A stretch of 63,928 bases of DNA, filler included, from Octopus bimaculoides (GCF_001194135.2; 7 parts of 6 records of this genome joined end to end with filler, not necessarily neighbours in it); one strand, 5' to 3'. Numbered from the whole stretch's first letter, positions 1 to 13,565 are shown. Numbers and translations are program-made. The notes: a model not told the origin generated them from the sequence alone.

Positions 1-599
1 ATTAATAATTAAAAATAATTAATAATTAAAAATTAATAATTAAAAGCACAATATTAATCTTTTTATTATATTTATCTTATGATATTTACTTTACTTTATA
101 TTATACTCATTTATTGTGCTTTTAATTATTAATTTTTCTATATGTGATAGTGGATTTTCATCGATGAGTTCTTGAAAATTGGTTATTTTCCCTAAAACTA
201 TATATTTTATATATACTTTATCTATAAGGCTCAATTTAATTTTAATTTTTTATAAATTGATTTTAATTGAGTTTTTTACCTGTAATTTTGGATTTTGTCC
301 CTAATATTATTATATATATATATATATATATATATACATACATACAGATATATATATATATGTACTATATATATGATCATATTTATTGTACATGAAAAAA
401 AATTTTTTATATATGTACTTTTCTGACATTTTCTACATTTTTTTACTCTCGTTTACATTGGAACTTATGACACATTGAGATGTCAAGGCATAAGACAGAA
501 AAATTATAGTTATGGAGAGCAGGAAAACAAAACAAAAAAAACTTCAAAACAACAACAAAAAATCACACAGCTGAAAATGAAGGAAATGAAAAATTAAAA

Positions 600-881
600 A
601 ACAAATACATATATAAATATATGTGTGTGTACATATACATATATATATATGTACACATGTATATATGTCTGTCTGCATGTATATATGTGTGTGTATGCGT
701 GTATGTATATGTGTGTGTATATATATATATATATGTGTGTGTTTCTATATTTATGTGTATGTGTATATATATATATTTATATATATCTATATATACACAT
801 ATGTCTATATGTGTGTATATACACATATATGTCTGTCTGTCTGTCTGTATGTATGCATGGATGTATGTGTGTGTGTGTGCA

Positions 882-940
<59 letters not shown>

Positions 941-955
941 ATATACATACACATA

Positions 956-992
<37 letters not shown>

Positions 993-995
993 GAA
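600..995. repeat. Compound (TA)n/(TG)n microsatellite
   Basis: Visible dinucleotide repeats; source of the YI/CV/HT-type ORFs. Confidence 0.95.
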
Positions 996-2384
996 TAAAA
1001 CAATTAAAGCCTATTCTTGATTCAACTTCCTTCGGGGAAAATGACATTTAATTTAATAGTCCAAGGTACAGTCTTTCTCTATTCCGTTAACAAGTTTTCT
1101 TTGCAAATATGTAGTCTCAGGTTCTGTCCTGGTCTGTCAGGATGAATTAGACAAGAACGCTTGTCTATGACTTAATCTCATGAGTGAAGTTTTGTAGACG
1201 GAAACTGTGTGGAAGCCGGTCGTATATACATATACACATCCACATATACGTATGTGTGTATTTGCAAAGTTATGAGGGATGTAAACAGACCAACGCTGGT
1301 TGTCAAGTAATGGTGGGATGGGAACAATCACAAAAATGCACAGAGTCACACACATGGGTTCAATCCCACTGTGTGGTACCTTAGAACAGTGTTGTCTATA
1401 AGAGCCCTTGGCTGACCAAAGCCTTGTGAGTGGATTTGGTAGATGGAAACTGAAAGAATCCTGTTGTATGTGATGTGTTGTTTGTGTGTGTGTTTGTATA
1501 CATGCTTGTCTTGGTATCATGTGATGGTCACAAATGAGCTTGTTAATTTTCAGGCTTCTATGGAAGACGTGGCTGCCATGGGGAAATGTTACCTTGCTTT
1601 GAAACAGATGAGAGTTGGTGACAGGAAGGGCATTCAACCATAAAAGAATCTACCTCATTTAGCTCTCATCTGATCCAGAACACACACACACACACACACA
1701 CACAATTACCCTCTTGAGTTCCTCTCTCCTTTGATGGGTTTCATCCTACAGGGTATCCAACGGACCACCCTCCTCGTCAAGCAAGTTTGGTGGGGTTGCC
1801 AGTTTAGTTGCCAATGTCCTGCCCATGCAACAGGTTACGCTGGGCTACATGTTACCAGCAGCACTTGAGAGCAACCTGACCATATATATATACATACATG
1901 CATGCACTCACACCCAATTCGCACCCATTTTTGTCATTGCATCATATTGAAATTTGAAGAAAAACACATGCAGATGATGTTATACAAGCATTAATAATGA
2001 AATATTTCAATCTAACAGAAAACCTGTTTACACTCAGAAAATAAGTAGGCAAACCGATGCTTGAAACATAAATAAAAAATAAAATGAAATAAAATTTTAC
2101 TAAAATACAAACGTAATAAAATTATAAAGTGTGTTTCTGTGTGTAATTTAATCGATGTTTTTGTTTCAGTTTGTTCTTTTTCCTAACAGTACCGACAAAG
2201 TTTCAATTTCTAGTCCAGAGCTAGTTTCATTTACATGTAGCTACGTTCTCAAATAACTATGTTTAACATTATTTGTTTTGCGAAGAAAGAAGAAACTTTT
2301 GCTATTTCATAATGCCTGAGTCAGTGAAGGAGTCTCTGTTTGTGAGCTAAAGAAAAGAAAAGGAAAAAAATACCAGAACTGCTG

Positions 2385-2544
2385 GTATGGCTGCGTGGCT
2401 AAGCAGCTCACTTTGCAACTATCAGGTTTCAGGTTCAGTCCCACTGCAAGTATAATACCTTGAGCAAGTTTCTTCTAGTATAAGTCCCAGGTCAACCAAT
2501 GTCTTATGAGTGAATTTGGTAGACAGAAACAGCAAGGAGGCCTA

Positions 2545-2545
<1 letters not shown>
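2385..2545 (+). mobile_element. tRNA-headed SINE family A, 5' half (diverged)
   Basis: GGCTGCGTGGCTAAG...GGTTCAGTCCCACTG...CCTTGAGCAAG...GTGAATTTGGTAGACAGAAAC matches other copies in the window. Confidence 0.75.
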
Positions 2546-2584
<39 letters not shown>

Positions 2585-2689
2585 TAGACCAGACTAGCAA
2601 ATTTTATACACCACTGATCACTATGTACTTCTTTGCATTGTTGTAGACTTTTTTGCTGAACCACTAAGATACAGTGATCATCACCATCA

Positions 2690-3032
2690 TCATCATCACC
2701 ATCGTTTAGCATTCGCTTTCCATGCTAGCATGGGCTAGACGATTTCACTGAGGACTGGCGAACCAGATGGCTGCACCAGGCTCCAATCTGATCTGGTAGA
2801 GTTTCTACAGCTGGATGCCCTTCCTAATGCCAACCACTCCAAGAGTGCAGTGGGTGCTTTTATGTGCCACTGGCACGAGGACCTGTCAGGCAGTACTGGC
2901 AACGGCCATGCTCAAGTGATGTTTTTTACGTGCCGTCTGCACAGGAGCCAGTCCAGTGGCGCTGGCAACAACCTCACTCGAATGTTTTTTCACGTGCCAC
3001 CAGCACAAGTGCCAGTAAGGCGACGCTGGTAA
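2690..3032 (-). mobile_element. RTE-tail short element (family D) with (ATG)n tail and three internal ~65-bp units
   Basis: Reverse complement of the tail at 53215-53460; GGATGCCCTTCCTAATGCCAACCAC core. Confidence 0.85.
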
Positions 3033-3342
3033 CAGTCATTGTATAAAACTAGCTTTGAAACATCAAATGGCTATGGGGGCTCACCAGGATTAAATAATAA
3101 TCAAAGGGGTCCATAGTTAAAAAATGGTAGAGAACCAGTGATTAAGACCAGTGCCCCACCATCTTTTTTTAACTTGCGGTACGCTTATATTCTTTTCAAA
3201 ATTTGGCGGCATGCCTGAACTCAAAATACAACTAAAAGTATAGCGAAAATAATTATATTGAAGTTACACTGCGACACACCTAGCATCGTTTTGTGGCACA
3301 CCAGTGTTCCACAGCATGCCAGTTGCGGAGGACTGATTTAGA

Positions 3343-3670
3343 CCAGTGTTTTTTAACTAGGGCCCATATAAGGTTTTTGGGAGTTCACAAAACAAAATAG
3401 TAAATTGGGGATCCACAATGGAATTTTAAGGGCTCCTGAAAATATTCCACTTTGGATGTATGTATTGGTATGTATTGCAAGAAACAGCGAAGTTTCTTTA
3501 ATATTTTACATAATTCAACCTACACAAGTTATTTCGTGAATAACAAAATAGGAATTTCGAAAGAAGTTCCTATAAAACTAGTTTTTAAATGTCGAATGGT
3601 TATAGGGGTCCACCAGAATAAGATAGTAATCAAAGTGGTCCCTAGATTAAAAAAATGGTTGAGAACCCTG
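3343..3670. mobile_element. Probable hAT-type non-autonomous element
   Basis: Ends CAGTGTTTTTTAAC... and ...GGTTGAGAACCCTG resemble imperfect hAT TIRs; a similar right end lies at ~3110-3140. Confidence 0.4.
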
Positions 3671-4624
3671 GCTACAGAGGATGAGGTTATGGTCTATAGT
3701 GTCTATGCAGGCCTTCCAGAACTGGTGAGATTGATGGGGGTTATGCTTGAACAACTACAAGTTGAAACTGCAAGTTGAAAAAAAATTGAAGATAAAAAAA
3801 CATGGCCAGGGGACCTGAGTGGATTCCAGAGTGTGTGGATTTCCGGAGAGAAAGCACTGGATGTAGCGGTTAACGTGAAAATGGTCGGCGATGTGGGGGG
3901 GGGGGGGNNNNNNNNNNNNNNNNNNNNNNNNNNNNNNNNNNNNNNNNNNNNNNNNNNNNNNNNNNNNNNNNNNNNNNNNNNNNNNNNNNNNNNNNNNNNN
4001 NNNNNNNNNNNNNNNNNNNNNNNNNNNNNNNNNNNNNNNNNNNNNNNNNNNNNNNNNNNNNNNNNNNNNNNNNNNNNNNNNNNNNNNNNNNNNNNNNNNN
4101 NNNNNNNNNNNNNNNNNNNNNNNNNNNNNNNNNNNNNNNNNNNNNNNNNNNNNNNNNNNNNNNNNNNNNNNNNNNNNNNNNNNNNNNNNNNNNNNNNNNN
4201 NNNNNNNNNNNNNNNNNNNNNNNNNNNNNNNNNNNNNNNNNNNNNNNNNNNNNNNNNNNNNNNNNNNNNNNNNNNNNNNNNNNNNNNNNNNNNNNNNNNN
4301 NNNNNNNNNNNNNNNNNNNNNNNNNNNNNNNNNNNNNNNNNNNNNNNNNNNNNNNNNNNNNNNNNNNNNNNNNNNNNNNNNNNNNNNNNNNNNNNNNNNN
4401 NNNNNNNNNNNNNNNNNNNNNNNNNNNNNNNNNNNNNNNNNNNNNNNNNNNNNNNNNNNNNNNNNNNNNNNNNNNNNNNNNNNNNNNNNNNNNNNNNNNN
4501 NNNNNNNNNNNNNACACAAACACATACACATAAGTTCAAAAAAAGGAAAAAGACAAAAAACAACAACGTGAGGACATGATACAGATTGTGTTACTAGACG
4601 CTCGGGAAAGGAAAGAGAGACGAC

Positions 4625-4772
4625 ATGCTTCTTTCAGTTTCTGTCTACCAAATCCAATCACAAGGCTTTGGTCGGCCCGAGGCTATAGTAGAAGACACTT
4701 GCCCAAGGTGCCACGCAGTGGGAATGAACCCGGAACCATGTGGTTGGTAAGCAAGCTACTTACCACACAGCC
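4625..4772 (-). mobile_element. SINE family A, 5' half
   Basis: Reverse complement of 13340-13500. Confidence 0.9.
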
Positions 4773-4783
4773 ACATATATATA

Positions 4784-4940
4784 TCTACTACATATGAGGG
4801 AAATTCTGTGTTTGTTTGCGGAGTTATTAGCTAACTCCTCTTACATCGTTTTATCGATTATGATGAAACTTGACACGTGAGTAGAACTCATGTCTGGAAA
4901 CATCATGACATATTCAGATGGTCGAAAAAATCGATAATTA
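4784..4940 (+). mobile_element. Dispersed repeat with Helitron-like 5' start (TCTACTAC...), second copy at 46380-46520
   Basis: Two diverged copies in different scaffold pieces, both starting TC after A; 3' end not defined. Confidence 0.35.
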
Positions 4941-5364
4941 TAAATCAGCGGCCAAAAGAAAAAAATCAATTGGTGTTTTAAATGGGAATTTCCAGAAGGA
5001 AGATATTTTTTGGCAATAACTTTGGCATTTCTCGATCGATTCGCTTCAGATTTGAGATACAGGTGAAACATGTTATGAGGATGACTATTAAGGAAAAATA
5101 TTTTACTTAGGCTGTAAGGAGAGGACAAAAAGCTGCTTAAAAATGATATTTTAAATTTTATTGCAACTTTGTATTCACTCAATAACTCTTGCATTTAATA
5201 TCCGATTCGCATTGAATTTGATTTGCAGATAGATTAAGTGCTAATGAGTGTATGAGACAAAAAGTTTTTTCTACGACAATTTTTTCGCCTCTGTTCTCCT
5301 TCAGCCATTTCATCACCTCTGTCCTCCTTCAACCATTTCGTCACCCTGTATATATATGTGTGTG

Positions 5365-5550
5365 TGTGCCCCCACCATCGCTTGACAACCGATGTTGCTG
5401 TGTTTACATCCCAGTAACTTAGCCATTTGGAAAAACACACCCATAGAATAAGTACTAGGCTGACAAAGAATTAATCCTGGGGGGGGGCGATTTTTTTCGA
5501 CTAAAATCAGTGCTCCAGCATGGCCGCAGTCACATGACCAAAAGAATTAA
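5365..5550 (+). mobile_element. SINE family A, 3' half (module B)
   Basis: CCCCCACCATCGCTTGACAACCGATG...CCAGCATGGCCGCAGTC. Confidence 0.85.
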
Positions 5551-5669
5551 AACAACAAAACACCATGCCATTTTAACCCCGAGCAGCAAACACAAATACA
5601 AAGACACACATGTGTAGATACACACACACACACACACACACACACATGGTGTGTTTCTTGTAATATCTG

Positions 5670-5800
5670 TCAACCAAACCAATTCACAAGATTTTGGCCA
5701 GCCCAAGGCTGCAGTAGAAGGCACTTTTCGAAGGAGACCCACAGTGGGACTGATACCAGAACTATGTGGTGGAAAGCGAATTTCTTACCACGTAGCCATG
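5670..5800 (-). mobile_element. SINE family A, 5' half (diverged)
   Basis: CACAAGATTTTGGCCAGCCCAAGGC...CAGTGGGACTGA...CTTACCAC. Confidence 0.75.
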
Positions 5801-6084
5801 CTTGCACCTACATACATACATATATCTATGTGTGTATGTCTGTATGTATGTATCTACATATATATATGTACACATGTGTGTGTGCATGTGCATGTGTATG
5901 TGTGTGTGTACACACTCTTATTTATTACATGCAAGCTTTTCAGATCTATATTGCAAACAACCACATAGATGTTCACAGACACACACACATGCACACATAT
6001 ATGTATATATGACTGCAGTGTTGTTGCTAATGAAATATATACTAAATTCTATGTGCGTTGTAAACATTCAAGGACACACACATA

Positions 6085-6470
6085 ACAGCATGCATACACA
6101 CACAAGAGCATGCACACACACACACACCCACACATACAGACACACACACACACATGCACAAAAGAGCATGTACATGCACACAGAAAAAGAGCATGCAAAC
6201 ATACACACACAAATTTGCACAAATGCATGCACACATACATATGCATACAAAAGTGCATGCACACACACACACACACACAGAAGAACATGTGCATATATAC
6301 ATACAGAAAGAGCATGCAAACACACACACACACACACACACATGGAAGTGCATGCACACATACACACCCATACACAAGTGCATGCACATACAAATACACA
6401 CACAAGAGCATGCAGACATACACACAAGAGCATGTACGTACACACCCACATGGACACAAGGCCGTGTGTG
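6085..6470. repeat. Degenerate minisatellite: AAGAGCATGCA-like anchor separated by (CA)n
   Basis: About ten anchor variants at irregular spacing. Confidence 0.8.
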
Positions 6471-6789
6471 CACACACACACACACACATACACACCATTT
6501 TATACAATAAAGATAGAAAGGTCAGTCAGACTGTCGGCTATGTCCAGTGATGAGGGTAGAGGGGGTGGGAAAATGTGCATTGTTGAAAGTGGTGGTGGTC
6601 GTGGTAAAGGCAAGTGATGGTGGGCTGTATAAAACATATAATAATAATGGGTGTGTCTGCAATAAACAAAGCTGATAAAACAGAAACAAAAGCAACAACA
6701 ACAACAACCACAACAACAAAAACTACAACAATTATAACAACAAAAATATCTGCTCTTCAAGTCAAGTAGATTTTGTGGAATGGTATAGA

Positions 6790-7070
6790 ATGGACTACTA
6801 TTACTACCACCACTACTACTACTACTACTTTTATTACTGCTATCATCGCCTCTACAACTACTAACACCACCACCACAACCACTGCCACTACTACTACTAC
6901 CATCACCACTACTGCTACTACCATTACCACCACCACTACCACTACCACCACCACCACCACCACAACTGCTAAAACTACTATTACCACCAGCATCACCGCT
7001 GCCGCCCCACCAGGACCAGCACCAGCATCACAACACCACCACTACCACCACCAACACCAGTATCATCATC
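6790..7070. repeat. (ACT/ACC)n trinucleotide repeat
   Basis: Direct inspection; runs into a gap. Confidence 0.9.
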
Positions 7071-7806
7071 NNNNNNNNNNNNNNNNNNNNNNNNNNNNNN
7101 NNNNNNNNNNNNNNNNNNNNNNNNNNNNNNNNNNNNNNNNNNNNNNNNNNNNNNNNNNNNNNNNNNNNNNNNNNNNNNNNNNNNNNNNNNNNNNNNNNNN
7201 NNNNNNNNNNNNNNNNNNNNNNNNNNNNNNNNNNNNNNNNNNNNNNNNNNNNNNNNNNNNNNNNNNNNNNNNNNNNNNNNNNNNNNNNNNNNNNNNNNNN
7301 NNNNNNNNNNNNNNNNNNNNNNNNNNNNNNNNNNNNNNNNNNNNNNNNNNNNNNNNNNNNNNNNNNNNNNNNNNNNNNNNNNNNNNNNNNNNNNNNNNNN
7401 NNNNNNNNNNNNNNNNNNNNNNNNNNNNNNNNNNNNNNNNNNNNNNNNNNNNNNNNNNNNNNNNNNNNNNNNNNNNNNNNNNNNNNNNNNNNNNNNNNNN
7501 NNNNNNNNNNNNNNNNNNNNNNNNNNNNNNNNNNNNNNNNNNNNNNNNNNNNNNNNNNNNNNNNNNNNNNNNNNNNNNNNNNNNNNNNNNNNNNNNNNNN
7601 NNNNNNNNNNNNNNNNNNNNNNNNNNNNNNNNNNNNNNNNNNNNNNNNNNNNNNNNNNNNNNNNNNNNNNNNNNNNNNNNNNNNNNNNNNNNNNNNNNNN
7701 NNNNNNNNNNNNNNNNNNNNNNNNNNNNNNNNNNNNGGTAAGCCTAGTACTTATTCCATAAGTCTCTTTTGCCGAACCACTAAGTTACTGGGGTGTAAAC
7801 ACACCA

Positions 7807-8042
7807 GTAACTTAGGCGAGCTGGCAGAAACGTTAGCACGCTGGGCGAAATGCTTAGCGGTATTTCGTCTGCCGCTACATTCTGAGTTCAAATTCCGCCG
7901 AGGTCGACTTTGCCTTTCATCCTTTCGGGGTCGATTGAATAAGTACCAGTTACGCACTGGGGTCGATATAATCAACTTAATCCGTTTGTCTGTCCTTGTT
8001 TGTCCCCCCCTGTGTGTAGCCCCTTGCGGGTAGTAAAGAAAT
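7807..8042 (+). mobile_element. tRNA-headed SINE family C nested in a family A copy
   Basis: Head GGCGAGCTGGCAGAAACG, B-box-like GAGTTCAAATTCC, body GTCGACTTTGCCTTTCATCCTTTCGGGGTCGAT; flanked by AACACACCA on both sides. Confidence 0.85.
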
Positions 8043-8289
8043 AACACACCAACATCGGTTGTCCAGCGATGGTGGAGGGACAAACACAGACACAAAGGCA
8101 CACACACACAAATAAATAAATACATACATATATATCCACTCACAAGGCTTTGGTTGGCCCAAGGTTATAGAAGAAGACATTTGCCCAAGGTGCCCCACAG
8201 TGGGACTGAACCCACACCATGTGGATGGGAAGTAAGCTTCTTACCACAGAGCCATATATACATATATTTATATACATACAAAATACACC

Positions 8290-8515
8290 ATTTTGAGCGT
8301 GGCCGTTGCTAGTACCGCCTGACTGGCCTTCGTGCGGGTGACACATAAAAGCACCCACTACACTCTCGGAGTGGTTGGCGTTAGGAAGGGCATCCAGTTG
8401 TAGAAACTCTGCCAAATCAGATTGGAGCCTGGTGTAGCCATCTGGTTTCACCAGTCCTCAGTCAAATCGTCCAACCCATGCTAGCATGGAAAGCGGACGT
8501 TAAACAATGATGATG
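8290..8515 (+). mobile_element. RTE-tail short element (family D)
   Basis: AAAAGCACCCACTACACTCTCGGAGTGGTTGGCGTTAGGAAGGGCATCCAG...CCATGCTAGCATGG...(ATG)n. Confidence 0.9.
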
Positions 8516-9127
8516 ATACAATGTATATATACATACACTGCGTTTTGTCATGGGGAATATATCTCGCTTGTTGACAAATGGTGTGTATACACCTAGATCG
8601 GTTCACAGTGCTACCTATCTAGACTGTGAGATGCTAGCATTTTGGAGCAGTTATCTTCTCATGGGTCACAAATATGGTTGGTTTAAATGCTAAAGGGTTA
8701 CTCGTTAGAATTAGTTTCTATTTTCAAAAGTTGTTGTTTCTAAATATATGTGTAAGTCTGTTAAGAGCCCTAAAACTCAAAAGGTCAGAGCTTAGTCTCG
8801 TTTCCGTGGTGTATAAGTGACTGAGATTACAACACTAACCACTGGACTGGACACTGATCAGTATTGCAAGGTTGACCACTCAACCATTGCTAGAACTCAT
8901 TTTGCAGCTGAGTGGACAGGAGCAATGTAAAATAAAGTGCTTTGCTCAAGACATATTTTAAACTTTTAAAGGCAAATTCACTGCAATTTACCATGGAGAA
9001 AAAAATTCTCACTTATGAAGAGGTGAAAATGCATCATCATTAGCTCAGTGGCACCCTCTCCTGGACCCAAAGAACACAATGCACCGGCTGATCTGGGAAT
9101 TGAAACTACTATCTTACAACCAATCGT

Positions 9128-9426
9128 GCACCACCACCACTACTATTACTATCACTACCATTATCATCACCACTACCACTACTATTAACAACACCACCAC
9201 CACCATCACCATCACCACCACTACTATTACTACTACTACTGTCACTATCATCATTATTACTACTACTACCACCACCACTGTCATTACTACTACTACTACT
9301 CCCACCATCACCACCACCACCACCACCACCACTACTACTACTACTCCCACCATCACCACTACTACTACTCCCACCATCACCACCACCACCACCACCACCA
9401 CCACCACCACCACTACTACTACTTCC

Positions 9427-9503
<77 letters not shown>

Positions 9504-9525
9504 CACTACTACTACCACTACTACT
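9128..9525. repeat. (ACT/ACC)n trinucleotide repeat
   Basis: Direct inspection. Confidence 0.95.
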
Positions 9526-10679
9526 TTGCATAACAAAAGTATACAGGATTCAGCACATTACTTCAGTGCAAGCTGAAATTAAATGCTTAGAATAGATTTG
9601 ATCTCAAAAGTGGATTTGGAGAATCATTAGTACAACAACATCCAAAATGCCAAGCAGCGTCTGTCCCAGTTCTTTACGTAGCGAGTTTCATATCCTGCTG
9701 ATGTCATCCTTTTGGGGCTGATGAAATAAATTATCAGTTAGGTGTACAGAGGACAGTGTAAATGACTGTGTCTCCTTGGCTACCTAAGAAATCAATGGAT
9801 TTATGAAAATTAAAAAAAAAGCCAAAAAGACTCAAAGCTTGCTCGAAATCTTGTGGAGCATGTTTGAAATAAGTACATTACATAATACCATATTGAGACT
9901 CATCATAATATTTAATGTCAATACTAACGATGAAACACTAATATCTAAATCACTAGTATTCCATCAAGTGTAATGCTTATTTATTGGAATTAATCATACA
10001 TTATCTTGTAGCTTTGAGATTTTCAATGACGTGATTGTTTATTTTTAGAATGACATTGTAGGGTAGGTGTGAGAAGCTGCATGTGGCTAGTTTGAACATA
10101 AAACAAACAATATTTGGCTAGATATGACTAGCTTATACACCAAAGGGTTAACCCATTACCTCCCATAATTCTATTAACTGGAATTTTTTTTATGAAACTT
10201 TGATTTCTAGCATAAAACAGCCTTAGAAACACACTGGAATGATCAAAATAACATTTCAGAATAATATTTCAAAATAACATTTTAGATAGAAATAAGAGAG
10301 ATATTAGGTGAAAAATTAGCAAACCTCATTTGAATATCAGAGAAATATACCTAGTAGATATAGCAAAAAGGTTAGATATGTGTAAATATTGACAGATAAT
10401 TACGAAATTTGTAATTTTTAAGTGATCTCATATGAGATCACTGGTAGGTAATGGGTTAATGTGAGCTGAGAGGGGTTTAGCCTTTTAGCATACAGATTAC
10501 TTTCTCTCAAATGTAATACTTATTTATTCACATTGCTTTGAATTAATTATACATTGTCTTACAGCTTTGAGATTTCTATTGTTTATCTTTAGGATGACAC
10601 TGTAGGGTAAGTGTGAGAGGCCTGAAGTGGCTGGTTTGAACATAAAACAGGTAGAATACTTGGTTTGTATGTTTGTTGG

Positions 10680-11057
10680 CACTCCGTCACTTACGACATC
10701 GAGGGTTCCAGTTGATCCAATCAACGGAACAGCCTGCTCGTGAAATTAACGTGCAAGTGGCTGAGCATTCCACAGACATGTGTACCCTTAACGTAGTTCT
10801 CGGGGATATTCAGCGTGACACAGTGTGTGTCAAGGCTGACCCTTTGAATTACAGGCACAACTGAAACAGGAAGTAAGAGTGAGAGAAAGTTGTGGTGGAA
10901 GAGTACAGCAGGGTTCGCCACCATCCCCTGCCGGAGCCTCGTGAAGCTTTAGGTGTTTTCGCTCAATAAACACTCACAACGCCCGGTCTGGGAATCGAAA
11001 CCGCGATGCTATGACCGCAAGTCTGCTGCCCTAACCACTGGGCCATTGCGCCTCCAC
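10680..11057 (-). mobile_element. tRNA-headed SINE family E
   Basis: Minus-strand head GTGGAGGCGCAATGGCCCAGTGGTTAGG (A box) ... GGTTTCGATTCCC (B box); body resembles 50280-50450. Confidence 0.8.
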
Positions 11058-13339
11058 ACTTGGTTTGTATATACTCAGTTTAAATGCAAAATGCTTAAAA
11101 ATTTCTAATATGTCCTGCTGTTTCAGGCAAAAACCATCTTTTCAAAAGCATTCAGCAAAACAAGAGTTTACTAATGTGCCATCTAAATATGTTCTTTTAA
11201 TACTACCTGAGAAAGCGTTTTGTACCCGAAATAGCAGGGCCAATTAAGTTTCTAAGAAAGCATTTTAATAGCTGTCATTGTTATTACGAACAATTAATCA
11301 TTGTGTAATTATGCGCTCAAAAGCTCCATGACATAATCAATTAGCTGATGATTCTATATCTACCATTGAAATCTGTACATTTTATATTTTGTACAATTTT
11401 CCAGTTTTCAACGGAATCACGGGACTGACACAATGTAAAACTTCTGCTTCATAATCAACAAATCATTTTATATGGTGAATCATCATCATCATCACCATCA
11501 CCATCACCATCACCATCACCATCATCATCATCATCGTCGTCGTCNNNNNNNNNNNNNNNNNNNNNNNNNNNNNNNNNNNNNNNNNNNNNNNNNNNNNNNN
11601 NNNNNNNNNNNNNNNNNNNNNNNNNNNNNNNNNNNNNNNNNNNNNNNNNNNNNNNNNNNNNNNNNNNNNNNNNNNNNNNNNNNNNNNNNNNNNNNNNNNN
11701 NNNNNNNNNNNNNNNNNNNNNNNNNNNNNNNNNNNNNNNNNNNNNNNNNNNNNNNNNNNNNNNNNNNNNNNNNNNNNNNNNNNNNNNNNNNNNNNNNNNN
11801 NNNNNNNNNNNNNNNNNNNNNNNNNNNNNNNNNNNNNNNNNNNNNNNNNNNNNNNNNNNNNNNNNNNNNNNNNNNNNNNNNNNNNNNNNNNNNNNNNNNN
11901 NNNNNNNNNNNNNNNNNNNNNNNNNNNNNNNNNNNNNNNNNNNNNNNNNNNNNNNNNNNNNNNNNNNNNNNNNNNNNNNNNNNNNNNNNNNNNNNNNNNN
12001 NNNNNNNNNNNNNNNNNNNNNNNNNNNNNNNNNNNNNNNNNNNNNNNNNNNNNNNNNNNNNNNNNNNNNNNNNNNNNNNNNNNNNNNNNNNNNNNNNNNN
12101 NNNNNNNNNNNNNNNNNNNNNNNNNNNNNNNNNNNNNNNNNNNNNNNNNNNNNNNNNNNNNNNNNNNNNNNNNNNNNNNNNNNNNNNNNNNNNNNNNNNN
12201 NNNNNNNNNNNNNNNNNNNNNNNNNNNNNNNNNNNNNNNNNNNNNNNNNNNNNNNNNNNNNNNNNNNNNNNNNNNNNNNNNNNNNNNNNNNNNNNNNNNN
12301 NNNNNNNNNNNNNNNNNNNNNNNNNNNNNNNNNNNNNNNNNNNNNNNNNNNNNNNNNNNNNNNNNNNNNNNNNNNNNNNNNNNNNNNNNNNNNNNNNNNN
12401 NNNNNNNNNNNNNNNNNNNNNNNNNNNNNNNNNNNNNNNNNNNNNNNNNNNNNNNNTATGTATATACACATACTAAGACATTTGCACTAACACACCCACA
12501 ACCAACCCCCTCACCCCCACCACCCCACACACAACACACATACACACACACAAACTTTATAAGTTGAGCATATTTTGTTAACATTCAAAATTCACAGGGT
12601 TTCACAATAACACAAAACTGTTGTCTTAAAAAAACACTTTGTAATGGCCACTTTCATATATTCCATTATTCATCGGCAGATCTCTGTGTGTGTGTGTGTC
12701 CGTGCGTGCGTGTGTTTGAGTGAGTGTTTGTATGTGCTAGTGTGTGTATGTGTGTTTGAGTGTGTATGTGTGTTAGTGTGTGTACGTGTGTGAGAGCGAG
12801 TAGTTGTGTGAGTGAGTGTGTGTGTCTTGAGTGTGTATGTGTGTGTAAGTTTGTGCGTGTGTGTGTATGCATGTATTTGAGTCTGTGTGAATTTCTGCAT
12901 ATGTGCATATGGCTGTGGCTAGCCTGTCTCTGTGGGTCTTTGTGTATGTATGTGTTTGGGTGTCTAGGCATAAATACGCATGTATATGTGTACCGAGATG
13001 TCTGTTCTCAAACAATGCTTTTTAACCAATAATGGAATACTAGAAACTCTGCGTAGTAGTAATAATAATAATAATATATGTAAAATATACCTTATGTGAC
13101 CTGGATATTTTATGAAAAGATCGAATTGTGATACATGTTTGCCATAAGCTGAGTATGAAAGTGAATTATGATGCATTTATCAGTCTTGATTTATACCATT
13201 TCATACCACCACTTAGCAGTTCAGCAAAAGAGACCAATAGAATAAGTACTAGGCTTTAGAAAAATAAGTACTGGGGTTGATTCATCTGACCAAACATCAA
13301 GGCGGTAAGAATAAAAGAATCCAAAAACAAAATATATAT

Positions 13340-13500
13340 AGGAGTGGCTGTGTGGTAAGTAGCTTGCTTACCAACCACATGGTTCCGGGTTCATTCCCAC
13401 TGCGTGGCACCTTGGGCAAGTGTCTTCTATTATAGCCTCAGGCCGACCAAAGCCTTGTGAGTGGATTTGGTAAACGGAAACTGAAAGAAGCCTGTCGTAT
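13340..13500 (+). mobile_element. SINE family A, 5' half (tRNA head plus CORE-like CCTTGGGCAAGT segment)
   Basis: GGAGTGGCTGTGTGGTAAG A box, GGTTCATTCCC B box; 15 or more partial copies in the window. Confidence 0.9.
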
Positions 13501-13505
13501 ATATG

Positions 13506-13565
<60 letters not shown>

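Noticed and set aside
1-340. Mitochondrial insertion (NUMT) suggested by extreme AT content
   Set aside because: No mitochondrial gene, tRNA or rRNA motif recognised
563-1047. ORFs rich in YI/CV/HT (also near 5800-6600, 12666-13030, 15100-15440, 31500-31970, 41420-42170, 57288-60210)
   Set aside because: Translations of dinucleotide microsatellites, which lack stops in several frames
3703-4579. Long ORFs made of X (all gap-spanning ORFs)
   Set aside because: Produced by N runs
9079-9576. Poly-Thr mucin-like ORF (also 6773-7070, 19362-19953, 27787-28407, 39067-39480, 45224-46175)
   Set aside because: Pure trinucleotide repeats open on both strands, with no splice or domain evidence
13340-13400. 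tRNA genes (also 7813-7900, 10990-11057, 24020-24090)
   Set aside because: A/B boxes continue into SINE bodies; no complete cloverleaf or terminator
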